64,000 bases of DNA, taken from sequence record OZ035741.1, one strand, 5' to 3'. The translations under genes were made by a program, and so were the position numbers. Every line of letters begins with the position of its first letter. Position 1 is the stretch's first letter. This stretch comes from Felixounavirus LF82P2. Under the pieces are notes generated by a model. The model had not been told where the DNA came from. It did not search any database and worked only from the letters and a program-made list of their open reading frames with translations. Of the stretch, positions 53,922 through 62,382 are shown one piece after another.

Positions 53922-55703
53922 ATGACTAAATCACTTTATGCAGTACCAGCAGGTTTAAACGCAGATGCTTACAAATCTGGTCATGTTTACCAGTACCCTA
54001 GTGCAACAGAGTACTTGATGTTCAACCTGACACCACGTAGTGACAAATGGTTTAACAGCCCCTTAGCAATTGATGGTGTAGTAGCTTTTGGTATTCAACG
54101 TTTCGTTAAAGATTACTTGATAGACCACTGGAACGCCACTTTCTTTGAACGTGATAAAAAAGAAGCCATTGATGAAATCTTAGAAGTCATGAATGGTGTT
54201 CTGGGTAAAGATGCTATCAGTCGAGAGCATTGGGAAGCACTTCACGACTTAGGTTATCTACCAGTTGAAGTATACGCTGTAGAAGAAGGTACAGTTGTCC
54301 CTATGCGTGTCCCAATGATTGTTTTCCAGAACACTGTTTCAGGTTTCCATTGGGTAGCAGGTTATCTGGAAGATGCTTTCTCTGCTGAGATTTGGAAGGC
54401 TTGTACCATTGCAACTATTGCATTGCACTACAAACGTATCTGTAAGAAGTGGGCTGACCTTACTTGTGACAACGACTTACATTTGCCTTATCAGTGCCAT
54501 GACTTTGCTATGCGTGGTATGTCCGGCTTTACTGATGACGCATTTAACGCTGTAGGCCACTTAACCAGCTTTAAAGGAACTGATAGCTTCCCTGCTGTGT
54601 ATACGGCTAAACGAATCTATGGACAGTCCTACCCAATCTCTGATATTGGTAGCTCTGTACCAGCCACTGAGCACTCTGTAATGTGTGCAAACATTGCTTG
54701 GGAAGGTGGTAATGAGTTGATTGAAGAAGAAAGACGCTTTAAAGGTGAGTTACAAACCTTCCGTCGTTTCTTAACAGAAACTTACCCAACTGGTATTGCA
54801 AGTATTGTTTCAGATACTTATAACTTCTGGAGAACTGTGTCAGAAATCTTACCAGCACTCCGTAAAGAAATTATGGAACGTGATGGTAAACTGGTAATTC
54901 GCCCTGACTCTGGAGACCCTGTACATATTGTCACAGGTTATAAAGCAATCCACTTAGAGTGTGCTAAAAAGGCTTATTACGAGCACCTAAGCAAGCTTGA
55001 AGCCAGCGACACAATGTTGAATGCTGTTCTGAACATGAAGCTTGAAAACATCAATTATGGTATTGCTGGATGGCTACTGTCAGAAGGCTACGAAATGGTT
55101 GTTGACAGAGAAGACTTTGAAGTTGCTGATACAGTGCTGTTGAAAAATGCTTATATGGTTGGTTCTGCAAACGTTGTAACACGTCCTGTAGCGGAGATTG
55201 ATGGAGCTATCAAGACACTGTATAACATCTTTGGAGGAACTATCAACTCTAAAGGTTTTAAAGTACTGGATGAGCATATCGGGCTTATTTATGGCGACTC
55301 TATCACGCTGGAACGTGCAAACGAAATACTGAAGCGTTTGTATGAAATGGGTTTTGCAAGCTCTAACGTAGTGTTTGGTGTAGGTTCTTACACTTACCAG
55401 TACATGACTCGTGACACCTTTGCATTTGCTGTCAAAGCAACTCTTGCAAGCATTGGTGGTAAAGAGATTATGCTTGCAAAAGACCCTAAAACAGATAGTG
55501 GTGTTAAGAAATCTGCCTTTGGTGGTGTAGCACCTATGTGGGATGGTGATAAGCTGAAAGCTGTAGATGGCTATGGATTCCAGAGTTTTGCAGATGTACT
55601 TGACCACCCAGCTTGTGCTTTACGTTTAGTCTTTAGCGACTCTGAGCAGTTTGGTTACACAACTCTTGGGGATATTCGAAATAATATTGACAAGCAGCTT
55701 TAA
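53922..55703 (+). CDS. nicotinamide phosphoribosyltransferase homologue (NAMPT-like)
   Basis: aligns by eye with human NAMPT: NADAYKSGHVYQYP vs ATDSYKVTHYKQYP, CHDFAMRGMSG vs LHDFGYRGVSS, HLTSFKGTDS vs HLVNFKGTDT, SVPATEHS vs SVPAAEHS, IVSDTYN vs VVSDSYD, LVIRPDSGDP vs LIIRPDSGNP. Confidence 0.85.
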   Translation: MTKSLYAVPAGLNADAYKSGHVYQYPSATEYLMFNLTPRSDKWFNSPLAIDGVVAFGIQRFVKDYLIDHWNATFFERDKKEAIDEILEVMNGVLGKDAISREHWEALHDLGYLPVEVYAVEEGTVVPMRVPMIVFQNTVSGFHWVAGYLEDAFSAEIWKACTIATIALHYKRICKKWADLTCDNDLHLPYQCHDFAMRGMSGFTDDAFNAVGHLTSFKGTDSFPAVYTAKRIYGQSYPISDIGSSVPATEHSVMCANIAWEGGNELIEEERRFKGELQTFRRFLTETYPTGIASIVSDTYNFWRTVSEILPALRKEIMERDGKLVIRPDSGDPVHIVTGYKAIHLECAKKAYYEHLSKLEASDTMLNAVLNMKLENINYGIAGWLLSEGYEMVVDREDFEVADTVLLKNAYMVGSANVVTRPVAEIDGAIKTLYNIFGGTINSKGFKVLDEHIGLIYGDSITLERANEILKRLYEMGFASSNVVFGVGSYTYQYMTRDTFAFAVKATLASIGGKEIMLAKDPKTDSGVKKSAFGGVAPMWDGDKLKAVDGYGFQSFADVLDHPACALRLVFSDSEQFGYTTLGDIRNNIDKQL

Positions 55704-55717
55704 AAGTATATGATAAG

Positions 55718-55739
55718 AGGCTCCTACGGGAGCCTTTTT
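55718..55739 (+). terminator. intrinsic terminator
   Basis: AGGCTCC-TACG-GGAGCCT then TTTTT. Confidence 0.65.
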
Positions 55740-55753
55740 AATTTCTGGAGAAG

Positions 55754-56101
55754 ATGATGGATAGCCTTTCTATATGGTTTAACAAGAAACCTGTGCAACC
55801 AAAATACTTACAAGTTGCCTATACAGACATCCTTGAAGTTCTCGGTAAAGAAAAGTTTGAAAAGTTTTGTGAAGGTATCTACAATCACCACTGCCAATTT
55901 GCTACAAAAGAAGGTATGTTTGTCATAGAACAATTCTTTGGCAGAGACCCAGATGACTATGAAGAGATTAGCTTTGTAATGAAATACATGATAGATTATA
56001 TTGAAAATCGTGGATTCGAAGTTAATCCTGAGTTTTATGAACATGAGGGTGTACCTTTAGCAAAAGGTTTTGATGGTATACTCGTTAACTGGACTTGGTG
56101 A
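55754..56101 (+). CDS. hypothetical protein
   Basis: 115 aa ORF. Confidence 0.35.
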   Translation: MMDSLSIWFNKKPVQPKYLQVAYTDILEVLGKEKFEKFCEGIYNHHCQFATKEGMFVIEQFFGRDPDDYEEISFVMKYMIDYIENRGFEVNPEFYEHEGVPLAKGFDGILVNWTW

Positions 56102-56442
56102 AAACTATGAAAATCAAAGAGATGAATATCAACATTGTCTTAGAAGAACGTTGGGAGAATATTAAGAAACCTGAAAATGGTCATAAGTTCCTTAACAAAA
56201 TTTTAGTAGCAGCTAAAGAAGAACTGACTGGTAAGATTGCAGCAGCAATCACAATAAAGGTCTGCGTAAAAGGTCTTCCAGACAATCACCAATTTGCACT
56301 TGACGAGTTTAAAGGAAGCTTCTACAATCCAAACAAACAGATGCTTGAAAGTAACTTTGCAGTGTCTACAAGTATCGTTCATGACAGAAGCTTTATCCTT
56401 TACAAGAATATGAGAGGTGAGTCATGCAAGCATATTGGATAG
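56095..56442 (+). CDS. hypothetical protein
   Basis: 115 aa ORF. Confidence 0.35.
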   Translation: MVKTMKIKEMNINIVLEERWENIKKPENGHKFLNKILVAAKEELTGKIAAAITIKVCVKGLPDNHQFALDEFKGSFYNPNKQMLESNFAVSTSIVHDRSFILYKNMRGESCKHIG

Positions 56443-56600
56443 AAATTTTGCTGTCACTTGGTAGTGTAGCAGTATTTGTTTACCTCCTTTGTAAGTACTT
56501 TGCAGAGCACAAAAAATGTGACTACTGTAATGGAGAGGGGTACATAAGGGCAGGATGTTGCCCTATGTGTGGTGGTTCTGGTAAAATGTTTAATAAGTAA
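56424..56600 (+). CDS. small membrane-anchored protein with DnaJ-type CxxCxGxG zinc-finger repeats (58 aa), absent from the >=60 aa ORF track
   Basis: ATG 56424 preceded by GAGAGGTGA; translation MQAYWIEILLSLGSVAVFVYLLCKYFAEHKKCDYCNGEGYIRAGCCPMCGGSGKMFNK: one hydrophobic helix then CDYCNGEG and CPMCGGSG. Confidence 0.4.
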   Translation: MQAYWIEILLSLGSVAVFVYLLCKYFAEHKKCDYCNGEGYIRAGCCPMCGGSGKMFNK

Positions 56601-56628
56601 TTTAACAGTAAACTGAGAGGAAAGTATT

Positions 56629-58995
56629 ATGCGCATGGTAAATGACCACGCAGAAGTGATTAAGAGTTCAACTTCTTTAGAGACGTCTCAAGCACAGATT
56701 ACAATGACACCTGAGATGTTCAGCCTTTTGAGTTCTGGTGTATATACCTTTAAAGAAAGGGCAGTGATTCGTGAACTGTCATGTAACGCAGTAGATGCTC
56801 AGAAAGAAGCTGGAAAAGAGAACATCCCATTCCATGTGCATTTACCTACTCGTTTTGAGCCTTACTTCGAAGTTCGTGATTTTGGAACTGGATTGACTCA
56901 TGATAAAGTTATGAGTTTGTACCTAAACTATGGAGCTTCTACGAAGAATGACTCTAATGACTACATTGGTGCAATGGGTATCGGCTCAAAGTCACCATTT
57001 GCAATTGCTCAGTCATTCACAGTATCTAGTTATGTTGACGGTGTTGTTAATAAGTACTCTGTTTATCTTGAGAATGGTATCCCTCAAGTAACTAAGCTGA
57101 CAACTAACCAAACAAAAGAACCTAATGGTTTAGCTGTACGTGTGGCAGTTGCTGACCACCGTATCTCAAAGTTCTTTGAAGAAGCTGGGAATGTGTACTC
57201 ATACTTCACTGTAAAACCAGAAAGTAATATTGAGTACGACGATGTATTAGCAGATATGAACGTAATTGCCCGTGAAGAAGGTGTTTATGATGCCATGATT
57301 CATAAGCACAGCTGGCGTTCTAGTGATAACAGGACAGAGTTTAATGTGGTGATGGGTAACATTGCCTATCCAGTGAACATGGAAGCGTTACTTGGTGATG
57401 ATTTCTTCAAAGTCTTGCCAGAGTTTTTCCGTAGGAGCGTAGACCTTGTAAACATCTACATGCCTATTGGTTCAGTTGCTATTGCAGCTTCTCGTGAAGC
57501 ATTGCAGATGAATGACACGACAAAAAATGTTATCATTGAGGCTACTAAAAAGATAACTGAAGCAATTACAAAGGATGTTATCAAAAAGATTAACAATCAG
57601 CCCACACTCATGGATGCTGCACAGGCTTATGCTGAGTTGCGTTTGAACTCACGAGAAATGTTTAATGCTGTGTGTCCAAAGCTAGAGTGGGGAGGCGTTA
57701 AGCTTGATTCTCTGGAAGAAGAGTTGCTAAACATTCGTCGCGGGATTATCTACGCAGAAGACGGCTCAGTCATTTATGAACGTGACGGTAAAGGTAACAT
57801 TAAGGTTGATAGGAACGGAAACAACATCCCTAAAGTAGATTACCTTTATGACCCAGTTGCTTATGTCAAGTTCAACTCTTTAGAGAGTAAGATTCGTGCA
57901 ACAGCACTTTCCTACACTCAAGAGGCAAGTATGTTCAATATCTTTGGTGCAATGCGTAAAAGCCAAATTGAACAGTTTTTGTTTGTTATAAATGACCGTC
58001 GCAATAAAAATGGTACTGAGAAGACTGTAGGACGCAATCAAATCTTGCGTGGTGCATGTCGAGACTATGCCAGTGAGTCTAGTCTGTTTCACAGATACAA
58101 TGGTATTGTCTTTGTATTCTCAACTGAAAAAGAGTTAGATGACCTAATCAATCTACACAAACTTGATAAAAGCTTGTTAAAGATTGTGAAGATGTCTGAT
58201 AAGGAACACCATTATCAGCGTAAAGAAGCTGTAAGAGGTGTTGTAAAACTCTGGAAAGCTGTTCCAGCAGAAGGTGTAGCTTCCTATAAAGAGGTTTCAG
58301 AGGACTTTGATACAATTGAAGAACCCCAGCTTTACATTAAGGCAATTGGTGACACAGTTGATGGTGAATGTTTTTGCTCATCCCCAGAAGATGTAGCTAA
58401 GTCAGTTGCTAATGTTATTGGAAAGACAGTCTATGTTTTCCGAAAAGCAAATTGGAAAAAGATACCAGAAGACTGGATTGAAGTAGATGAGAAACTCTTG
58501 AACGATAGCTTAACTGATGTTCATTGGATTAATCATAACAGGTATATGACACGTATCTATATGAATGGTGTCCTTGACCTTACAAGCAGTTGGATTATTG
58601 CCAGAAACTTTACGTTCAATAACAGGAAGATTTCTCGTGGCTATTGCTATTCACGGGATACAAACAAAACTATCTTCCTAGAAGGTAATGAAGAGGCTGT
58701 AGAGGCAATGTTTGGTAAAATCCAGTATGTTGCTGCACCATTTGCATACACTTACACTATTAGTGTGTTGAAAACTTTGAAAGATTGTCTTGACAACGAT
58801 ACAAAGCTTTACAAGAAAATTAAGAAAGCTGGTGACCGTATGGTTATTAAGGTGACAAACTACCTTTCAAAAAGAAAACAAGAAAACTTCTTGCTTTCCC
58901 ATTTAGATTGGAATAAAGTGTCACCCATCGAAGTGAGTAAGTTCTTAGGTTTTGATGTGAAGTGTGTTCCAGAAGGAACTACAGTTTACGATTAA
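56629..58995 (+). CDS. rIIA: rIIA-like protein (GHKL ATPase fold)
   Basis: N-terminal GHKL/Bergerat motifs: N-box ELSCNAVDAQ, G1 DFGTGL, G2 GAMGIGSKS; 788 aa, comparable with T4 rIIA; followed by a candidate rIIB. Confidence 0.6.
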   Translation: MRMVNDHAEVIKSSTSLETSQAQITMTPEMFSLLSSGVYTFKERAVIRELSCNAVDAQKEAGKENIPFHVHLPTRFEPYFEVRDFGTGLTHDKVMSLYLNYGASTKNDSNDYIGAMGIGSKSPFAIAQSFTVSSYVDGVVNKYSVYLENGIPQVTKLTTNQTKEPNGLAVRVAVADHRISKFFEEAGNVYSYFTVKPESNIEYDDVLADMNVIAREEGVYDAMIHKHSWRSSDNRTEFNVVMGNIAYPVNMEALLGDDFFKVLPEFFRRSVDLVNIYMPIGSVAIAASREALQMNDTTKNVIIEATKKITEAITKDVIKKINNQPTLMDAAQAYAELRLNSREMFNAVCPKLEWGGVKLDSLEEELLNIRRGIIYAEDGSVIYERDGKGNIKVDRNGNNIPKVDYLYDPVAYVKFNSLESKIRATALSYTQEASMFNIFGAMRKSQIEQFLFVINDRRNKNGTEKTVGRNQILRGACRDYASESSLFHRYNGIVFVFSTEKELDDLINLHKLDKSLLKIVKMSDKEHHYQRKEAVRGVVKLWKAVPAEGVASYKEVSEDFDTIEEPQLYIKAIGDTVDGECFCSSPEDVAKSVANVIGKTVYVFRKANWKKIPEDWIEVDEKLLNDSLTDVHWINHNRYMTRIYMNGVLDLTSSWIIARNFTFNNRKISRGYCYSRDTNKTIFLEGNEEAVEAMFGKIQYVAAPFAYTYTISVLKTLKDCLDNDTKLYKKIKKAGDRMVIKVTNYLSKRKQENFLLSHLDWNKVSPIEVSKFLGFDVKCVPEGTTVYD

Positions 58996-59000
58996 AGTGT

Positions 59001-59030
59001 TTGACAAGGGGCTTCAAAGCCCCTTAGAAT
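59001..59030 (+). promoter_or_regulatory. TTGACA-18-TAGAAT promoter-like element with palindrome in spacer (also the hairpin ending rIIA)
   Basis: TTGACA 59001-59006; AAGGGGCTT / AAGCCCCTT palindrome 59006-59025; TAGAAT 59025-59030. Confidence 0.4.
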
Positions 59031-59074
59031 AACCTCACAAAATGATTTATTAACTAACAAGAGAGAGTAATAAG

Positions 59075-60184
59075 ATGACTACTAAAACTAAAGCACAGAT
59101 TGACGCAGAAATTTACAAACTGGTTAAAGAAGGTAAGCTGACTAAAACAGCTATTGCACAGAGATTTAATACTTCAACCCGTTCAGTTGGTCGTGCTGTA
59201 GAGCGTCATGAAGCAACTTTAAAAGGGGATAAGAAGGCAACTTCTACACCAGCTACGAAGACTTTGAAGCAAGTTGCTAAGACATTTAAAAAGAAAGCTG
59301 ACAAACCAGTTGAAAAGGTCGTTAAAGATGCTGTACAGAAAGCTCCAGTAAATAAACTGCATGAAGCTATGCAGAAAGATGACAAAATTGAGTACATGAT
59401 TACTGGCGACTCTGTAATTATGACTTATGGTTCAGAATCTGAAATTGTTGAGTCTACTCATCCGAACTATCAAGAGATTGTAGTTCATGTTGTGAAAGGT
59501 GAGTTCAAGAAAGCCTTTGAACTGATGAATATTCGTAAGTCTATCGAAAACTTCACTCAGGGTGCTATCACAATCAAAGGTGACAAGCTATTCTACGGTG
59601 CTGTTGAGATGCGTTCTACTCTGGTTGACCGTATTCTTCACATGATGAAGACTGGAGATAAAGGCTTTGAACGCCTTGTGATGTTCTTCGAAAAACTGAT
59701 GGAAAACCCATCTAAAGACTCTGTAGAACAACTTTGGGGCTTTGTATCTCACCTTGATGTTGAAATTGATGAAGAAGGCTACATCATTGGTTGGAAGAAA
59801 GTATCTACTCGTGAAGGTAAGCTGGTTGACTCCCACACCTACAAAGTTCCTAACGATTTGGGTAACATTGTAGAGATGCCACGTTGGATGGTTGATAATA
59901 ACCGTAACGTGACTTGCTCTCAAGGTCTTCATGTTGGTGCTTGGGATTATGTTCGTAGCTTCTCAGGTGATACAATCCTGAAAGTTCGTGTCCACCCACG
60001 AGATGTTGTATCTGTTCCAACTGATTACAATGATATGAAAATGCGTTCATCACGTTATGAAGTTGCAGCTATCGTTGATAGCCAGCGTAATGTTCTGAAA
60101 GCATGGGATGGCAAGACTGAAGCTCTACATGTTATCGTTGGTACTGCTGGCGAACTTATTTCTCAGCGTAAACGTGAAATCTAA
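59075..60184 (+). CDS. rIIB: rIIB-like protein (by synteny)
   Basis: 369 aa ORF immediately downstream of rIIA-like gene; no independent motif recognised. Confidence 0.4.
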   Translation: MTTKTKAQIDAEIYKLVKEGKLTKTAIAQRFNTSTRSVGRAVERHEATLKGDKKATSTPATKTLKQVAKTFKKKADKPVEKVVKDAVQKAPVNKLHEAMQKDDKIEYMITGDSVIMTYGSESEIVESTHPNYQEIVVHVVKGEFKKAFELMNIRKSIENFTQGAITIKGDKLFYGAVEMRSTLVDRILHMMKTGDKGFERLVMFFEKLMENPSKDSVEQLWGFVSHLDVEIDEEGYIIGWKKVSTREGKLVDSHTYKVPNDLGNIVEMPRWMVDNNRNVTCSQGLHVGAWDYVRSFSGDTILKVRVHPRDVVSVPTDYNDMKMRSSRYEVAAIVDSQRNVLKAWDGKTEALHVIVGTAGELISQRKREI

Positions 60185-60201
60185 TAAGTAATTCTCTTAA
60201 A

Positions 60202-60224
60202 AGGCTGCTTCGGCGGCCTTTTTT
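60202..60224 (+). terminator. intrinsic terminator
   Basis: AGGCTGC-TTCG-GCGGCCT (one G-U pair) then TTTTTT. Confidence 0.6.
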
Positions 60225-60225
60225 A

Positions 60226-60254
60226 TTTGTATTTTGTGCAGAGTGCTGTATAAT
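60226..60254 (+). promoter_or_regulatory. putative promoter with consensus -10 TATAAT
   Basis: TATAAT at 60249-60254 preceded by TG; weak -35 TTTGTA at 60226-60231; 32 nt upstream of the SLT-like gene. Confidence 0.3.
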
Positions 60255-60285
60255 TGTTGTCACGATAAACTAAACAGGAGAACCA

Positions 60286-60834
60286 ATGAAGAAATTGATT
60301 CTAGGTTTGTGCTTAATGTTTACAGCACACTTATCTTATGCAGTTGACTGCCCAGAGCTATCAATTAGCCAAAAAGTGAACATGTTAAAAGCTTACCAGT
60401 ATGGCGAGAATAACATGGGTAAAGGTTGGGGTATCACTCTAGCAGCTATAGCCTTACAAGAGTCAGAGTTAGGTCTGAAGGTAGAAAATAAAAAGACACA
60501 TGATTATGGTATTTTCCAGAATCACTTGAAGACTGTTGTAAAGCGTAACAAAATTAGCCCTAATGTGGCTAAAAAGAAACTCTTAAGAGACTTTGATTAT
60601 GCTGCGAAGGAAACTCACAAAGAGCTTGAGTTTTGGACAAAGGTGCATGGTCAGCCAAAGTCAAAGAAGACTTTACAAAAAGTTTTAGCATCATATAATG
60701 CTGGGTATTCGTACAGAATCCCTAAAGCTAAGAAGTATTCTCAAGATGTCTATAACAACATGAAAGTAATTGCTCAATGTGAATTTGCAACAAACATTTC
60801 TAAGGTAAATCATGAAAAAATTAAGAAAGTCTGA
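60286..60834 (+). CDS. secreted lytic transglycosylase-like protein (SLT domain; candidate endolysin or virion peptidoglycan hydrolase)
   Basis: Sec signal peptide MKKLILGLCLMFTAHLSYA; SLT-like catalytic region AIALQESELG ... HDYGIFQN. Confidence 0.5.
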   Translation: MKKLILGLCLMFTAHLSYAVDCPELSISQKVNMLKAYQYGENNMGKGWGITLAAIALQESELGLKVENKKTHDYGIFQNHLKTVVKRNKISPNVAKKKLLRDFDYAAKETHKELEFWTKVHGQPKSKKTLQKVLASYNAGYSYRIPKAKKYSQDVYNNMKVIAQCEFATNISKVNHEKIKKV

Positions 60835-61507
60835 TGAAGTACTGTGTCATGCTTATGACTTACATCCTCATGAGTTAGGTCTTGATTCCTGTGTATGGTC
60901 TCCAGAACAGTGTAGGGATTTTGAAGACACTGCAAGAGAAGTTGTATGTTCACTTGAAGAGTTCCACACATCAGAACCAATTGTGAACGTTGTGGACAAA
61001 GAGACTGGACAATCTATAGGAGTAAGTCGTGATAGCTTAGTCATAGTCAATAAAGACCTTGTAGAAAAAGGGAATCTCATCTTAGCAGATATTGATGGTG
61101 TTCTTACAAATTTTAATCACGAAGATTGTTCAACGGAATTGACTGATGGGTCATTCTCACAGTACACTAATCTTCTTGATTCTGTAAGAGCAAAACCAAC
61201 GTATGTTTTTAGTATTATTGATGCAATTGCTAATCATGCTGCCATTGGACTCTTGACAGCGAGAGGTGAATCTCAGAGAATACCTACTGAGATGTTTTTA
61301 AGGCATAACATAGAGCATGACTACATGCTTTTTATGCGTGGTTTTGGAACTAACTCTATAAGTGCAGAAAGTTTGAAAGTGAGGATGATTCAGTCTTGCA
61401 TCCTGCCTTACTTTAATATAGTATGTTTTATAGAAGACACAGAGAAGAATGTGCAGAAGGTGAACAGAATCCTTCCACACATTAAAACCATGTTAGTTAA
61501 ACATTGA
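60812..61507 (+). CDS. HAD-like phosphatase (putative)
   Basis: possible HAD motif I LILADIDGVLT (DxDG[VT]); otherwise unassigned. Confidence 0.3.
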   Translation: MKKLRKSDEVLCHAYDLHPHELGLDSCVWSPEQCRDFEDTAREVVCSLEEFHTSEPIVNVVDKETGQSIGVSRDSLVIVNKDLVEKGNLILADIDGVLTNFNHEDCSTELTDGSFSQYTNLLDSVRAKPTYVFSIIDAIANHAAIGLLTARGESQRIPTEMFLRHNIEHDYMLFMRGFGTNSISAESLKVRMIQSCILPYFNIVCFIEDTEKNVQKVNRILPHIKTMLVKH

Positions 61508-61517
61508 GAGAAAACTT

Positions 61518-61982
61518 ATGAACAATATCATTACGGTAGCACTGGACGATACGGTAAACAAATCTGCAATAGTTCGTAAAATGATTCAAGGTAACTTTGA
61601 AGGTAAAATTTTTCGTGCTGTTAATGTAAAAGCTGATGGCAGCATTCGTGAATATCGTGCATTATTGAATGTTAAAAAACACGTAAAAGGTGCTGGTTCA
61701 ACTACTGCACACAAAGAAAACCTGATGACTATCTATGATATGGGCAAGGCTTCAGAGTTAGGTGCTGAAGGTATCGTTAAAGAAGGTGCTCCGTATCGCT
61801 CTTTCAATCTGGAAACTACTCTTATGCTTTCCTTTACAAGTGGTTCTAAAACAATCACTTATCTCTTTACTGATGCTGCAACGGTATCTGCTATTAAGGA
61901 TAGCACTGTCAAAGCTGGCGTAGTTGCTGCTGCAAAAGCTTCTTCGATGGCTGCGAATATCCTTGCTAAAGTCCTCGGTTAA
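61518..61982 (+). CDS. hypothetical protein
   Basis: 154 aa ORF followed by strong terminator. Confidence 0.35.
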   Translation: MNNIITVALDDTVNKSAIVRKMIQGNFEGKIFRAVNVKADGSIREYRALLNVKKHVKGAGSTTAHKENLMTIYDMGKASELGAEGIVKEGAPYRSFNLETTLMLSFTSGSKTITYLFTDAATVSAIKDSTVKAGVVAAAKASSMAANILAKVLG

Positions 61983-61993
61983 GGTTAAGATAC

Positions 61994-62015
61994 AGGCTCC
62001 TTCGGGAGCCTTTTT
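61994..62015 (+). terminator. intrinsic terminator
   Basis: AGGCTCC-TTCG-GGAGCCT then TTTTT. Confidence 0.65.
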
Positions 62016-62034
62016 CATTTTAGGAGATTGTTAA

Positions 62035-62382
62035 ATGACATTTAAAGAGTTCTGTCAAGCTACTTTCATAATTGTTTTCTTAGTTGGTGCAGGTGTCTGG
62101 GGAGGATACTCTTACAGAGACTATCAAGTTGCTGAAACTGAGCTAAATAATGAGAAACTAATAAGTGTTGCTAAAGATGCTTATCAGGAAGGTTTAGCCA
62201 CACTCAGCACCAATTACAAAAATGATTTGAAAGATGTGCTTGCTAAGAATAAGCATACAAAAGAGGTACTAACATATGAAAAAACTAAGCCAGAGTTTTA
62301 TAATGTTTGTGTTACTGATAACTATGTCAGGGTGTTCAACGAACAAAGTGAGCAGTACATTCAAAAACTCCCAAGTAAGTGA
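62035..62382 (+). CDS. i-spanin-like protein (Rz-like; N-terminal TM plus periplasmic coiled coil)
   Basis: 115 aa; N-terminal TM FIIVFLVGAGVWGGY then helical charged domain; a lipoprotein ORF is embedded in its 3' end in another frame. Confidence 0.4.
   Translation: MTFKEFCQATFIIVFLVGAGVWGGYSYRDYQVAETELNNEKLISVAKDAYQEGLATLSTNYKNDLKDVLAKNKHTKEVLTYEKTKPEFYNVCVTDNYVRVFNEQSEQYIQKLPSK

Noticed and set aside
56454-56636. Minus-strand 60-aa track ORF
   Set aside because: Overlaps the better-supported + strand 58-aa zinc-finger ORF, which has a strong RBS; the minus ORF has no RBS and an unusual composition.
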